Origin: a virus
Taxonomy: Duplodnaviria; Caudoviricetes
Strand: one strand, 5' to 3'
IMG/VR virus record: IMGVR_UViG_3300025815_000060
Span: 1-32,046 of that record
DNA: 32,046 bases
This document shows, piece after piece, positions 1 through 10,057 of the stretch (position 1 is the stretch's first letter; each line of letters starts with the position of its first letter). The notes under the pieces are model-generated. The model made no database searches. It worked only from the letters and a program-made list of their open reading frames with translations, and was not told the origin of the DNA. A program made the position numbers and the translations under genes.

Positions 1-127
1 TGCGTGTCTACGAGTCTTCCGGTATCTATATCGACGGCATCCCTGTACCTATCCGCTCGTTTGGCGAGGCAGGTATCACGTCACCACTTACTAACGAGTC
101 TATTGTCCCCACAAGTGGCATAATAGA
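1..127. repeat. Exact 127-bp direct repeat, copy 1 (defines a unit length of 29,892 bp)
   Basis: 1-127 is identical to 29893-30019; the first mismatch is at 128 (g) versus 30020 (a). Confidence 0.97.
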
Positions 128-239
128 GGATGTTTACGACATTAACGGCTGGGGTAGAGAGGTCATACCGACGATTACGTGTCCTGATCCAACACCCATG
201 CACATACAAATGATTGAATACGAGATCGAGGGTAACTGA
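1..239 (+). CDS. 3' end of tail tubular protein B (nozzle), allele A, partial
   Basis: Frame from base 3 reads RVYESSG...MIEYEIEGN*, matching the C-terminus of 27594..30131 with I/V swaps; TGATG overlap with the next gene. Confidence 0.92.
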   Translation, partial: RVYESSGIYIDGIPVPIRSFGEAGITSPLTNESIVPTSGIIEDVYDINGWGREVIPTITCPDPTPMHIQMIEYEIEGN

Positions 240-658
240 TGGCTCTCCCAATATTTGCAATATTAGCGGCAACAAGCGCGGCAGTGTCAGCCTACGGTCA
301 GGTGCAAGCTGGCAAGGCTCAAAAGGTAGCACTCAAAGAGCAAGCTAAGCAGGAAGAACTTGCGGCAGAAAGCCAAGAACTAGCACGACGCCAAGAACTT
401 AACCGGGCATTGGCGGCTAACGTCGCGGCACTCTCGACAGCAGGAATTAGTGGGGAAGGTACGCCAGCAAGTCTGGCCTTGGAAAGCGCGAAGCAGGCAG
501 GTCTTAGCGAGATGACTATTGACCTATCAGAACGCCTAAGAAGGGCGTCATTAGAACGTCAGGCGAGATCGGCAACACAAATAGCAGGACTCACAGCGGC
601 AAGCACGCTACTTAGTGGCGGGTTAAAAGCGGCTCAGTTAGTGCCAGAGGAAGAGTAA
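239..658 (+). CDS. Small internal virion (ejection) protein, T7 gp14-like position, allele A
   Basis: 139 aa, Ala/Gln-rich helical protein with hydrophobic N-terminus; first gene after the nozzle; homologous to 30132..30578. Confidence 0.75.
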   Translation: MALPIFAILAATSAAVSAYGQVQAGKAQKVALKEQAKQEELAAESQELARRQELNRALAANVAALSTAGISGEGTPASLALESAKQAGLSEMTIDLSERLRRASLERQARSATQIAGLTAASTLLSGGLKAAQLVPEEE

Positions 659-2997
659 TGGCTCAGAAGCGCATTGAATACTACGGCAAGTTTACGCCAA
701 CAGGTGTAGATACGTCTCAGGCTAAACGCTTGCAGGCTCTCTCTGGCTTGGCTGAACAGGTCGGGGACATTGCGTTTGATATCGGCGCTAAGATTCAAAC
801 AGAGCGCGGTCAAGAAGCTGGCGTTGCATCCGGTATGGAAGCGGCGCAAGAAGGCCAAGCACCAGAAACCAAAGAGGGCTTTCTCTCTGCGATCTCTATC
901 TATGATCAGGCATACAACAAAGCGGCATTGAACGCTTATAGCTCTGGCATCCGAGTTGATGGCAAGAAGAAGCTGTTTGAGCTTGAAGAGCAGTATGCAG
1001 ATGATCCCGATCCCGTAGCATTCCAAAGTGACTTCAATGGCTATATGAAGGGCGTCACAGAAGGCTTGCCAGAGGATATTGCGGCAGACCTACGGTTACG
1101 ACTCACTGAAGATGCAATGCGCGTACAGGGCCGTTTAGCGGACGCACAGCGAAAGCGTCAGTTTGACCTTGCCGCCGCCAACTTGAATGAAGAGCTAACG
1201 ACTCTGGCCGATGAGCAAGCAAGAGCCGCTCGTGATGGCGATGACACTCGTGTTCAAGAGTTGCAATTGCAGATCGAAAACATTGGGCTTGAGAACAACG
1301 AGATTCTCGATCCAGCGGCATACTCAAAGTTCACCTCAGAGCAAGAAGATCGACTGATTGTCCAGAGTAACTTGGGCCAACTTGATCGCGCTATCTTGAA
1401 CAATGAAGACCTATCGCTTCAGGAAAGGATTGAAAACGGTAAGCAGATGCTTGCGACCATTACCGCCAATCCTATTGAAGGGCTATCTCCCGAACAGCAG
1501 TCAAAGCTAGAGTCGCAGATGGCGACAAGATTGAATCAGCTTGAAAGCCGTCTAGTCGAAGAGGACACAGCATTCGGTATTGAGCTATCTGACTACGAAG
1601 TACAGGTTGCAAGCGGGAACATTGACCCGGTTGACGTAGATCAGCAAGCAAACGAGTGGTATACAACGGGCCGCATTTCTCAGAGTGAGATGACCAGCCT
1701 CAAGAAGTCGGCACGTACTGCCGTGGCTAAAAAGGCCGAGACCACTGCCGTCAACGTCAACATCACTAAGCAGTTCACAGACCAGCGCGATCCCTATTAC
1801 GTTCCAGATCAGTCTGATATCAACAAGTATTACGATGATGTATACGTGCCAGCGCAGGAAGGTGCGACACCCGAGCAACGTATGCTGACCGATGCGATCT
1901 TTATTCAGAAGACGCGCATGATCCCAAGCACTGTAAAGAACCAGACAAACAGCTATCTACTGTCAGGTGATCCCGCATTGATTATGCAAGCGGCACAGCT
2001 CATTGATCGCGTTGATGAGACGCCCGGCATGTTTGACCAGATCACCAATGTTCAGACAAAAGCCTTTGCATCAAACATGGTTAGATTGATGGAAGTCATG
2101 GACCCCAAAGAGGCGCTCCGACTTAGCCAGCAACTAACTGATCCGGCTGATCAGAACCGCGTAACGGCTCGACGTGATCAGATCAAGACCGAGAAGTACA
2201 ACGACAAGTACGTTGACTGGACTCGTGACATTGTTGGCGAGGCTGATCCGACATCATTCCAGAATGCCGTTAGCCAGTATCAAACAATCTTTGAGAGCTA
2301 CTATCTCGCTGGTTCCGATGAGGATTCGGCAAGAGCGCAGGCCGAGAAGATGATCCAGTCTAACTATACTCAGTCCATATTCGGCGACATGATGTACGCA
2401 CCCGAACAGTATTACTCTGTGAATGGAAGCGTTGAGTATATGCGTGATCAGCTAGATGAAGAGATCCGCGCAGAGGCTCCCAATCTCCAGTTTGACCGCG
2501 AAAACATCTACTTATTGACCGATGACGCTACATCCCGATCAGCGGCGGCTGGATCGCCTATGTATCGTGTTCTCATCCTTGACGATGATGGCGTATTCCA
2601 ACAGCGTAGTGGCTACTTTGTCCCCGATGTTGAAGGCCAGCAAGCCAAGCTCCGAATCGAAACAGCAGAACTAGCGGCTGAGATCAGACAGGCAGAGGAA
2701 GAAGGTAGCGTTGCCCACAGACGCCAGCAGTTCGAAGAGAAGAAGGCCGCATACGAAGAACGCAAGGGCAAGCCAAGAAGGGCTGTGCCAGCGTCAGAGC
2801 TTTACGCGGATACCGTCCTATCTGATAGCCGCAGAATCATTGCAGAAGCGATACAGCTACCCGGCGAAATCCGTAGAGAAGTAGCAGGGTCGGCGGTTGA
2901 AGTGCTAACAACGGTTGGCGAAGCTATTGAAAAGACTGGCAAGCGCCAAAGATCAAAGCTCATTGAGGATATCCAAGAGCGAGAGAGCCAAGACTGA
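658..2997 (+). CDS. Internal virion (ejection) protein, gp15-like position, allele A
   Basis: 779 aa acidic helical ORF coupled to neighbours by TAATG/TGATG; function inferred from podovirus synteny. Confidence 0.7.
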   Translation: MAQKRIEYYGKFTPTGVDTSQAKRLQALSGLAEQVGDIAFDIGAKIQTERGQEAGVASGMEAAQEGQAPETKEGFLSAISIYDQAYNKAALNAYSSGIRVDGKKKLFELEEQYADDPDPVAFQSDFNGYMKGVTEGLPEDIAADLRLRLTEDAMRVQGRLADAQRKRQFDLAAANLNEELTTLADEQARAARDGDDTRVQELQLQIENIGLENNEILDPAAYSKFTSEQEDRLIVQSNLGQLDRAILNNEDLSLQERIENGKQMLATITANPIEGLSPEQQSKLESQMATRLNQLESRLVEEDTAFGIELSDYEVQVASGNIDPVDVDQQANEWYTTGRISQSEMTSLKKSARTAVAKKAETTAVNVNITKQFTDQRDPYYVPDQSDINKYYDDVYVPAQEGATPEQRMLTDAIFIQKTRMIPSTVKNQTNSYLLSGDPALIMQAAQLIDRVDETPGMFDQITNVQTKAFASNMVRLMEVMDPKEALRLSQQLTDPADQNRVTARRDQIKTEKYNDKYVDWTRDIVGEADPTSFQNAVSQYQTIFESYYLAGSDEDSARAQAEKMIQSNYTQSIFGDMMYAPEQYYSVNGSVEYMRDQLDEEIRAEAPNLQFDRENIYLLTDDATSRSAAAGSPMYRVLILDDDGVFQQRSGYFVPDVEGQQAKLRIETAELAAEIRQAEEEGSVAHRRQQFEEKKAAYEERKGKPRRAVPASELYADTVLSDSRRIIAEAIQLPGEIRREVAGSAVEVLTTVGEAIEKTGKRQRSKLIEDIQERESQD

Positions 2998-5900
2998 TGC
3001 CGTTTATCGAAGCGCCAGATGATCTCGTATTGATCAACAAGCTAACTAACCTTGCGGAAGCACCCGAGGATGAAGATCCATCGGCAATCGAGATCGCAAG
3101 CGCGTTATGGCGTCAAGAAAACACAATCGGCTCATTCGTTAATCAAGAGTCTGGCCTACCTGATGGCGTGGATGACCAGTCATTCAACCCTTATGACTAT
3201 CTATCGGAAGGCGAGAAGCTAGACAAAAAGTTTGTATCCCATGCGGCACTAGCCGATACGGTCGATGAGATCGAAGCAGTACGCAAACAATATGCTAGAG
3301 AGACAGCAGATCGAGAGACCATCCAAAAGGGCGGCGCTATGTCGTTCCTTGTTGGCCTTGGCGTTGTTGGTGTCGCTGATCCTATTAACCTGATACCAAT
3401 TGGCGGAGCGATTGCTAAGACGTATAAGGCGGGCAACTCGATTCTTGATGCGGCAGTCGTTACAGGTAGTGTTGCAACAGCCTCCACAGCCGTCACAGAG
3501 GCCGCTCTGCACCAATCACAGCTAACCCGTACTTATGGCGAGTCTGCGATCAACTTAGGCGCGGCGGCGCTTCTAGGTGGCGTACTGGGCGCAGGCGGTA
3601 AGGTTCTCGCTAACTCACTCGATGCGTCTGCCATTGGCGGCATTGTTGATTCAATGGATGTTGAGCCAAAGGTGAAGACAGGCGATGACAGTGTTTTGTC
3701 CCCTGAGTACCGGGCGACTCCACAAGAAAAGAGCGTGGGCGCGGCACAGCGCGTGGCAGATGTTGAGGTAAGTGGTAAGGCGGCAAAAGGTTTGGTCAAG
3801 ACTCTGGGCTTTGATCCGCTGTCTCGCACACTAACCAGTGATAACCCATTCACCCGGATCGTTTCTAACCGATTGGCAGAGAATCCCATCAAGATGGATG
3901 GCGATATCGTCACGGCTGTTGAGTCACGCGCCAAGATACATGACGGCAAGTATGCGACAGCACTCCAAAATCATTTAGATATTTATAGACAGTACCGAAA
4001 AAACGGCGGTCGTCTGCGTAAGCGTCAATTCAACGAGGAAGTGGCAAGGGCAATGCGGAATGATGAATCTGCAATACCCGAAGCTATGCAATCTGCAAAT
4101 AGCTGGCGCACAGAGCTATACAACCCGATCAAGAATGACTTGGTTGAGCTTGGCTTACTACCCGAAGACGTAAGTGTTGGCACTGCTGTTGGCTATCTGA
4201 ACCGACGCTGGAATAAAGGTAAGGTATCAGCAAACCTTCCCAAGTTTATTGACACTACTGCGAAGTGGTTGCGCGATGAAGATGTCCGTTTGCGCGATGA
4301 AGCGACAAAAGCCGAGGCGGATATTGCTGAAGCTACTGGCGCAGAGCGTACACGATTACAAGAAATCATCGACCGGGCAGAGCGTAAAGAGGCCAAAGAC
4401 TTAACCGATGAGGATTATCAGCGCATTGCGGAGCAGATCGCACAGCGCATCCAAGGCACTCCAGATGGTCGGCTCCCCTATGATTGGAAGATCGGCGAAG
4501 GCTCTGCAAACAACAATCTGAATGGCACTGTTGGATTGCGTGGGCCGCTTAAATCTCGAACATTCCAGATTCCCGACAACATGGTTGAGGAGTTTTTGGA
4601 TAACGACATCGAAGACTTAGGGCGTTACTACCTACGCAACACAGCAACAGACATGGAGCTAGTGCGAGAGTTTGGTGATCTTGACCTAACCATTCAGAAG
4701 AAAGAAATATTGGATTGGTATACAGAAAAGCAACGTACTGCTAAGACTGAAAAAGAACGCATCAAGCTAAAGAACCAAGCTGATGCAGATATACGCGATA
4801 TTACTGCAATGCGTGACCGTATGCGTGGCATCTATGCTCAACCCGACCCTGATAATGTATGGGTTCGTGCTGGTCGTGTATCTCGAAACCTTAACTATAT
4901 GCGATTTATGGGTGGCGTCGTAGCGTCGTCAGTTCCCGATGTGGCTCGTATCTTCATGGCTGAGGGCATTGGCAAGACTTTCTCGAAGGGCTTATTGCCG
5001 CTCGCTAGAAATATCAATTCGTTCAAGGTGTCATCGGCAGAAGCAAAGCGTTATGGCGTTGGCGTTGATGCGTTGATGGGCGGTCGCTCGCAGATCATTT
5101 CAGACGTGGCTGATTACACACAGCCCAACACAGCGTTTGAGCGTGGCATCCAGTATGCCACTGATAACTTTGGCCGTGTAAACCTCATGGACTACTGGAC
5201 AACTGGAGTAAAGCAGCTTCACGCCGTAACCATGCAGAACAGCGTCATTGATGGACTGCTGAAAGGTCAGGTCGATAAGCGTCTGGCTCGCTTGGGTATT
5301 GATGCCGGTAACGCACAGGCAATGGCGGCAGAGCTAAAGAAACACGCGACCAAGGTTGATGGCGTATGGCTCTCCAATGCTCGCAACTGGGACTCACCCG
5401 AGCTTGAAAGACTTTGGGGCGCGGCAATTCGTAAAGAGTCTGACCGCGTGATCGTAGTCCCCGGCCAAGAAAAACCCCTGTTTATGTCTACTGAGTTGGG
5501 CAAGACTATCTTCCAGTTCCGCTCGTTCATGTTCGCATCGACTCAGCGCATGACTATCGCGGCGCTACAGGCTCAGGATCACAATGCTCTGGCTGGCGTA
5601 TTGATGCTGACTACCTTGGGCATGATGTCCTATTCGTTCAAGCAATGGGATGCGAAGCGAGAGATTGCGGAAGACCCTGTTGAGCTAGTGATTGAGGGCA
5701 TTGATAGATCAGGTGCGCTTGGCGGCATCATGGAGATCAACAACACGCTTGAGAAGCTATCGAGCAACAACTTTGGAATGCGCCCGTTGTTGGGTGTAGA
5801 CATCCCGGCGGCACGATTTGCCTCACGTAGTATGTCGGAAAACTTACTTGGCCCCACATTCGGGAGCTTTTTGGACACGTCTCTAAGGGTGGCAAACGCT

Positions 5901-6026
5901 GGTCTGGCAGAAGACGGATGGAATGAATCAGACACCCGCGCATTGCGGAGACTTATCCCCTATCAAAATCTTACGTTTATTCGTCAAGCCTTTGATAGAA
6001 TAGAGGAAGAGGTTGGAGACTTATGA
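2997..6026 (+). CDS. Large internal virion (ejection) protein, gp16-like position
   Basis: 1009 aa with Gly/Ala-rich hydrophobic segments near the N-terminus; lies directly before the tail fibre, as in T7/BPP-1-like podoviruses. Confidence 0.75.
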   Translation: MPFIEAPDDLVLINKLTNLAEAPEDEDPSAIEIASALWRQENTIGSFVNQESGLPDGVDDQSFNPYDYLSEGEKLDKKFVSHAALADTVDEIEAVRKQYARETADRETIQKGGAMSFLVGLGVVGVADPINLIPIGGAIAKTYKAGNSILDAAVVTGSVATASTAVTEAALHQSQLTRTYGESAINLGAAALLGGVLGAGGKVLANSLDASAIGGIVDSMDVEPKVKTGDDSVLSPEYRATPQEKSVGAAQRVADVEVSGKAAKGLVKTLGFDPLSRTLTSDNPFTRIVSNRLAENPIKMDGDIVTAVESRAKIHDGKYATALQNHLDIYRQYRKNGGRLRKRQFNEEVARAMRNDESAIPEAMQSANSWRTELYNPIKNDLVELGLLPEDVSVGTAVGYLNRRWNKGKVSANLPKFIDTTAKWLRDEDVRLRDEATKAEADIAEATGAERTRLQEIIDRAERKEAKDLTDEDYQRIAEQIAQRIQGTPDGRLPYDWKIGEGSANNNLNGTVGLRGPLKSRTFQIPDNMVEEFLDNDIEDLGRYYLRNTATDMELVREFGDLDLTIQKKEILDWYTEKQRTAKTEKERIKLKNQADADIRDITAMRDRMRGIYAQPDPDNVWVRAGRVSRNLNYMRFMGGVVASSVPDVARIFMAEGIGKTFSKGLLPLARNINSFKVSSAEAKRYGVGVDALMGGRSQIISDVADYTQPNTAFERGIQYATDNFGRVNLMDYWTTGVKQLHAVTMQNSVIDGLLKGQVDKRLARLGIDAGNAQAMAAELKKHATKVDGVWLSNARNWDSPELERLWGAAIRKESDRVIVVPGQEKPLFMSTELGKTIFQFRSFMFASTQRMTIAALQAQDHNALAGVLMLTTLGMMSYSFKQWDAKREIAEDPVELVIEGIDRSGALGGIMEINNTLEKLSSNNFGMRPLLGVDIPAARFASRSMSENLLGPTFGSFLDTSLRVANAGLAEDGWNESDTRALRRLIPYQNLTFIRQAFDRIEEEVGDL

Positions 6027-8017
6027 CAGTAGCAGACAACACAAGCCGTAACCAATATACCGCGACTTCTGGTCAGACGGTCTTTGCGTATACGTTCGAG
6101 ATCGTAGACAAGGACGATATTGTCGTATTGAAGAACGGCACTACCCTCTCAGAGGGCACTAATTACACTGTGTCGAACGTGGGCAATGATAGCGGGGGTA
6201 ACGTAACCCTTACCGTTGGCGCTACAGCAGGCGACATTCTGACCCTGTATCGGGATATGCCCTACGCTCGCACCCAGAACTATACAAACTCTGGTGACTT
6301 CCTTGCCTCTGAGGTAAACAGCGACTTCGATAATCTATGGCTGGCAGGCGAGCAGACTAACCGATCATTCTCACAGTCTATCCGTAAGCCTATTACCGAC
6401 TCTGACTCTATCTCGATGGAGCTACCTGCGGCGGCTGATCGTGCTGGGAAGTTATTATCTTTTACCTCATCTGGTGCAGTATCAACAGCAACATCTGCAA
6501 CAAACGGAACAGTCTCCAATCTTGTTACATATACTCCCGCTGGTACTGGTGCAGTAGATACCACAGTACAGGCCAAGCTACGCGAAAGCATTAGCGTCAA
6601 GGATTTTGGTGCTGTTGGTGATGGCACGACTGATGATACTGCGGCTATACAGGCTGGGATTGATTATGCTTCCACTAGCAAAGCCATTTTAAAAATTCCA
6701 AACGGCACGTATCTATGCCAAAGCGTTTTGATTTTGAAGTCAAATTGCGTTGTTGAGTGTGATGGAAGAATTGAAACAACCGCAACAACTGATTTCATAA
6801 CGGGTACAACCATTACAAATGCGGAATGGAGAGGCGGAGAAATAGTAGCCAATACCCCAACAAATGCTCAAAGTTGCTTTGTCATTAAAACAGACTCAAA
6901 CAACAACTTAATTGCAGATGTAAGTTTGACTAATTTTAGAAACAAGGGCGTTGATATTCAGACTGGTAGTTATGAGAACACAGTTCAGCGTGTAAAAGTA
7001 TCAGGGGCCTCTGGAACTTCTGGCTCTGGCGTTAGCATTTTTGGAACTGGATCAGACAGACCGGATCATAACAAAATTATAGATTGCCAAGTATCAAACA
7101 GTCGCGGCGGAATATCGGTTCAAGGTGGCTATTACAATCAGATTGTCAATCCTGTAATTTATGATTGCACTCTATGGGGCGTTGGCCTAGATGGAGTTGT
7201 TACGGCGGCAGGTGATGGAGCTAGATACACACAAATTTCCAATGCAAATTGCAATCGAGTCTCAAGCACTACCTATGGCGGCATTTATCTTGGCAATGGA
7301 TCATCATTCAATATCATTGATTCGCCAGTTCTTATTGATTGCTATACAGGAATAAGAGGATCAGGCGGATCAGGCTATGAGCCTTCAAACAATGTAATTA
7401 CCAATCCGATCATTGATGGCAATGTTAGTAGCGCTCTAGGCAATACAGGCATAAATCTATCTGAATGTGATTATGCAAAAATTATTTCCCCGACTATTAG
7501 AAATATGTCATCGAGAGGCTTGTATTTATTTTCAAGCCCATACTCTCAAGTTACTGGCGGGGAGATAAGTAACTGCACTGCTGAAGGTTTATATCTTCAA
7601 ACAAAAGAGTGTTTAGTATCTGGCGTTTATTCACACGACAACAATTATGGGATTCGCATAGAGTTTGGCGGAGATGCCAATGGTACGAATAGATTTACTG
7701 ACTGCAAAGTAGAAAGCAACACAACTGAAGATTTACGAAGAGGAATATCCACAACTTATGTAAAAGACTGCAAGGGATTTGTTAATAGCAATGCAGGAAC
7801 AGCAACACTATCTAGTGGCACCAACGTAAAAACGGTCACTCATGGTCTGGATTACACTCCAACCGCTCAAGATATAAATTTGACACCGTATTCAAACCCA
7901 AACAATTTAGGTGCGTATTGGGTTTCTGGAATAGGTGCTACAACTTTTAATATATCGTCGTCAAACACAGCCACAGCAGACGTTGATTTTGCGTGGCAAG
8001 TTGAAGAAAGGCAATAA
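6023..8017 (+). CDS. Tailspike/tail fibre with right-handed beta-helix (pectate-lyase-3-like) domain
   Basis: N-terminal T7-type tail-anchor-like domain (YTATSGQTVFAYTF), then SVKDFGAVGDGTTDDTAAIQA and N/G/I-rich beta-helix repeats. Confidence 0.88.
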   Translation: MTVADNTSRNQYTATSGQTVFAYTFEIVDKDDIVVLKNGTTLSEGTNYTVSNVGNDSGGNVTLTVGATAGDILTLYRDMPYARTQNYTNSGDFLASEVNSDFDNLWLAGEQTNRSFSQSIRKPITDSDSISMELPAAADRAGKLLSFTSSGAVSTATSATNGTVSNLVTYTPAGTGAVDTTVQAKLRESISVKDFGAVGDGTTDDTAAIQAGIDYASTSKAILKIPNGTYLCQSVLILKSNCVVECDGRIETTATTDFITGTTITNAEWRGGEIVANTPTNAQSCFVIKTDSNNNLIADVSLTNFRNKGVDIQTGSYENTVQRVKVSGASGTSGSGVSIFGTGSDRPDHNKIIDCQVSNSRGGISVQGGYYNQIVNPVIYDCTLWGVGLDGVVTAAGDGARYTQISNANCNRVSSTTYGGIYLGNGSSFNIIDSPVLIDCYTGIRGSGGSGYEPSNNVITNPIIDGNVSSALGNTGINLSECDYAKIISPTIRNMSSRGLYLFSSPYSQVTGGEISNCTAEGLYLQTKECLVSGVYSHDNNYGIRIEFGGDANGTNRFTDCKVESNTTEDLRRGISTTYVKDCKGFVNSNAGTATLSSGTNVKTVTHGLDYTPTAQDINLTPYSNPNNLGAYWVSGIGATTFNISSSNTATADVDFAWQVEERQ

Positions 8018-8413
8018 ATGACCCTAACTGACTTCAACAATCTATACAGCTACAAGTTCGATCCAAAGGGTCGGGACCAGTGGCGCGTGTTGAAGCCTAA
8101 TGCACTGGATCAGTACCACGGCGATTGCGAAGACTACTCACTATCCGTCCTGTACTACGTGATCTGTCAGGAGTCATGGCTTAAGTTCTGGTGGCTACTA
8201 ACTACCTTCCAAGCTGAGTTATGCGGCTGTGACACTAACGGCGGAGGCCATGCTGTACTTCGCTATGGCGATCAGTACATAGACAACTGGACAAAAGAAT
8301 GGGTTGACCGTGAACACATGGAAGGCTTAGGTCATAAGTTCTGGCCTTGGCACAAAACTATTATTCCCACTACTGTCGCCATTAAGATGGTAATGGCAAA
8401 ACTGAGAGGCTGA
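8018..8413 (+). CDS. Transglutaminase-like cysteine peptidase (BTLCP/C93-like), short
   Basis: GDCEDY, GHAVL and YIDN motifs give a Cys-His-Asp triad typical of BTLCP proteins. Confidence 0.75.
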   Translation: MTLTDFNNLYSYKFDPKGRDQWRVLKPNALDQYHGDCEDYSLSVLYYVICQESWLKFWWLLTTFQAELCGCDTNGGGHAVLRYGDQYIDNWTKEWVDREHMEGLGHKFWPWHKTIIPTTVAIKMVMAKLRG

Positions 8414-8414
8414 T

Positions 8415-9035
8415 ATGACTATCAAACATTTAGGCGGCATTTTTGGTCGCAACCCAACATTTGAAGACGTTACCGTTGATAATCGCGTCGGTATCGGCAC
8501 TAGCAGTCCGTCTGAGGCGCTCACCGTTTCTGGCAATATTCAAATAGAAGATAACGACGCATACTTGCAGTTTAAAGATACTAATGCCGGTGCTGACGAC
8601 AAGTTTAGACGCATATATCACTCAGATCAGAATTTATATATTTCCCGTAGAAATGACAATGGAACTTTACAGGCCAATGATTTGGTTATAGATGCCAGCG
8701 GCAACTTGCTGTTGGGTGGCATTACTACTCCAGCATCGTCCGATGGTAACTTGGTGATGTTTAACGGAACAGCCCCCACTGGTAGCGTAACAAACGGCAT
8801 TGTTCTTTATGCTGAAGATGTATCAGCAAGCTCTGAGTTAAAAGTAAGGGACGAGGCAGGTAACGTAACTACGCTTTCACCTCACAACTTTGAGTTAATA
8901 CCAGAAGGCCCGTCCGAAGATATGGCGTGGTCGTATTATTCAGAAAAAGATGGCAAGCGCATTAACGTAGATATGTTGAAGGCCATACGTGTGCTTGAGA
9001 AAATGAGCGGCGAACAATTAGTTTACGAGGATTAA
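8415..9035 (+). CDS. Tail-fibre-like structural protein
   Basis: RVGIGTSSPSEALTVSGNI and IDASGNLLLG fibre-shaft-like motifs; located in the tail module. Confidence 0.6.
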   Translation: MTIKHLGGIFGRNPTFEDVTVDNRVGIGTSSPSEALTVSGNIQIEDNDAYLQFKDTNAGADDKFRRIYHSDQNLYISRRNDNGTLQANDLVIDASGNLLLGGITTPASSDGNLVMFNGTAPTGSVTNGIVLYAEDVSASSELKVRDEAGNVTTLSPHNFELIPEGPSEDMAWSYYSEKDGKRINVDMLKAIRVLEKMSGEQLVYED

Positions 9036-9038
9036 ACC

Positions 9039-9344
9039 ATGTCAGGCGAAGTAACAAAGAGCATTACAGCTCAGAACACATTTAGCGATGAGATCAAAAT
9101 ACAGGGCTACTTCAACTTGTCTGTCTCTGGCATTGCTGGCGGCACTGTCGTTACAGTACAGAAGCAGTCAGGTGTTGATGGCACTAACTGGACCGACGTT
9201 GATGACTTCTCATCCGATATCGAAACATACGGCTTTGAGGCAGAGCGTCAGAACTATCGCGTAGGCGTTAAAACTGGCGACTTCGGATCAGGTACGTGCA
9301 AGGTCCGACTCGGTTGTAAGTGGATTGATTACCTGTCGTCGTGA
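9039..9344 (+). CDS. Hypothetical beta-rich protein, possibly virion-associated
   Basis: 101-aa ORF with GAGG SD, overlapping the next gene by GTGA. Confidence 0.6.
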   Translation: MSGEVTKSITAQNTFSDEIKIQGYFNLSVSGIAGGTVVTVQKQSGVDGTNWTDVDDFSSDIETYGFEAERQNYRVGVKTGDFGSGTCKVRLGCKWIDYLSS

Positions 9345-9640
9345 AGACACCAGCATGGCAACGTAAGGCTGGGAAGAATCCCAAGGGCGGCTTGAACGAG
9401 GCGGGTAGACGTTCAGCCAAGGCCCAAGGGATGAACCTCAAGCGGCCAGTGAAGAGCGGTGACAACCCTAGACGGGCATCATTCCTTGCTCGTATGGGTA
9501 ACATGCCGGGGCCAGAACGCAAGAACGGCGAACCCACACGTTTATTGTTATCATTGAACGCATGGGGTGCTAGCTCAAAGGCAGATGCTAGAAGGAAAGC
9601 GGCGGCAATCTCTCGACGTAACAAGGCGCGGAAGGCATGA
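9341..9640 (+). CDS. Small basic protein (DUF6321-like)
   Basis: AWQRKAGKNPKGGLNEAGR...RRASFLARM motif recalled from uncharacterised phage proteins; K/R-rich. Confidence 0.7.
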   Translation: MKTPAWQRKAGKNPKGGLNEAGRRSAKAQGMNLKRPVKSGDNPRRASFLARMGNMPGPERKNGEPTRLLLSLNAWGASSKADARRKAAAISRRNKARKA

Positions 9641-9813
9641 GAAAGTCTACTGTTAACAAGGCTGGCAACTACACAAAGCCCACGATGAGAAAGAACCTGT
9701 TTGACCGTATCAAGGCAGGTGGTAAGGGCGGCGCACCCGGTCAATGGTCGGCACGTAAAGCCCAGATGTTAGCCAAGCAGTACAAGGCCAAAGGCGGTGG
9801 ATATCGTGATTAA
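9637..9813 (+). CDS. Small basic protein, N-terminal half of a DUF5872-like family (58 aa, not in ORF track)
   Basis: MRKSTVNKAGNYTKPTMRKNLFDRIKAGGKGGAPGQWSARKAQMLAKQYKAKGGGYRD*; ATGA overlap with the upstream gene. Confidence 0.8.
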   Translation: MRKSTVNKAGNYTKPTMRKNLFDRIKAGGKGGAPGQWSARKAQMLAKQYKAKGGGYRD

Positions 9814-10057
9814 GAAGTCACAGCGATCCTTGATGGACTGGACCAAGCAGAAGTGGCGCACCAAGTCAGGCAAGCCATCGACGCAGGGACCAAAGGCCAC
9901 AGGCGAGCGTTATCTACCTGAGAAGGCTATCAAGAGTTTAAGTTCGGCAGAGTATGCGGCTACGACTAGAGCCAAGCGCCGAGCCAAGAAGAAGGGCGAA
10001 CAGTATGCCGCACAGCCAGCAGGCGTGGCACGTAAGACTAGGAGATTCAGAACATGA
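9806..10057 (+). CDS. Small basic protein, C-terminal half of a DUF5872-like family
   Basis: SQRSLMDWTKQKWRTKSG...GERYLPEKAIKSLS; likely GTG start at 9806 overlapping the upstream stop. Confidence 0.75.
   Translation: MIKKSQRSLMDWTKQKWRTKSGKPSTQGPKATGERYLPEKAIKSLSSAEYAATTRAKRRAKKKGEQYAAQPAGVARKTRRFRT

Noticed and set aside
1-127. Biological direct terminal repeat (T7-like DTR)
   Set aside because: It falls inside a coding gene, equals a common assembler k-mer length, and the second copy is internal and followed by a diverged allele; an assembly-graph loop explains it better.
634-5943. Numerous minus-strand ORFs opposite the structural genes (also across 20000-31500)
   Set aside because: Antisense shadows of long + strand genes, with no RBS or motifs.
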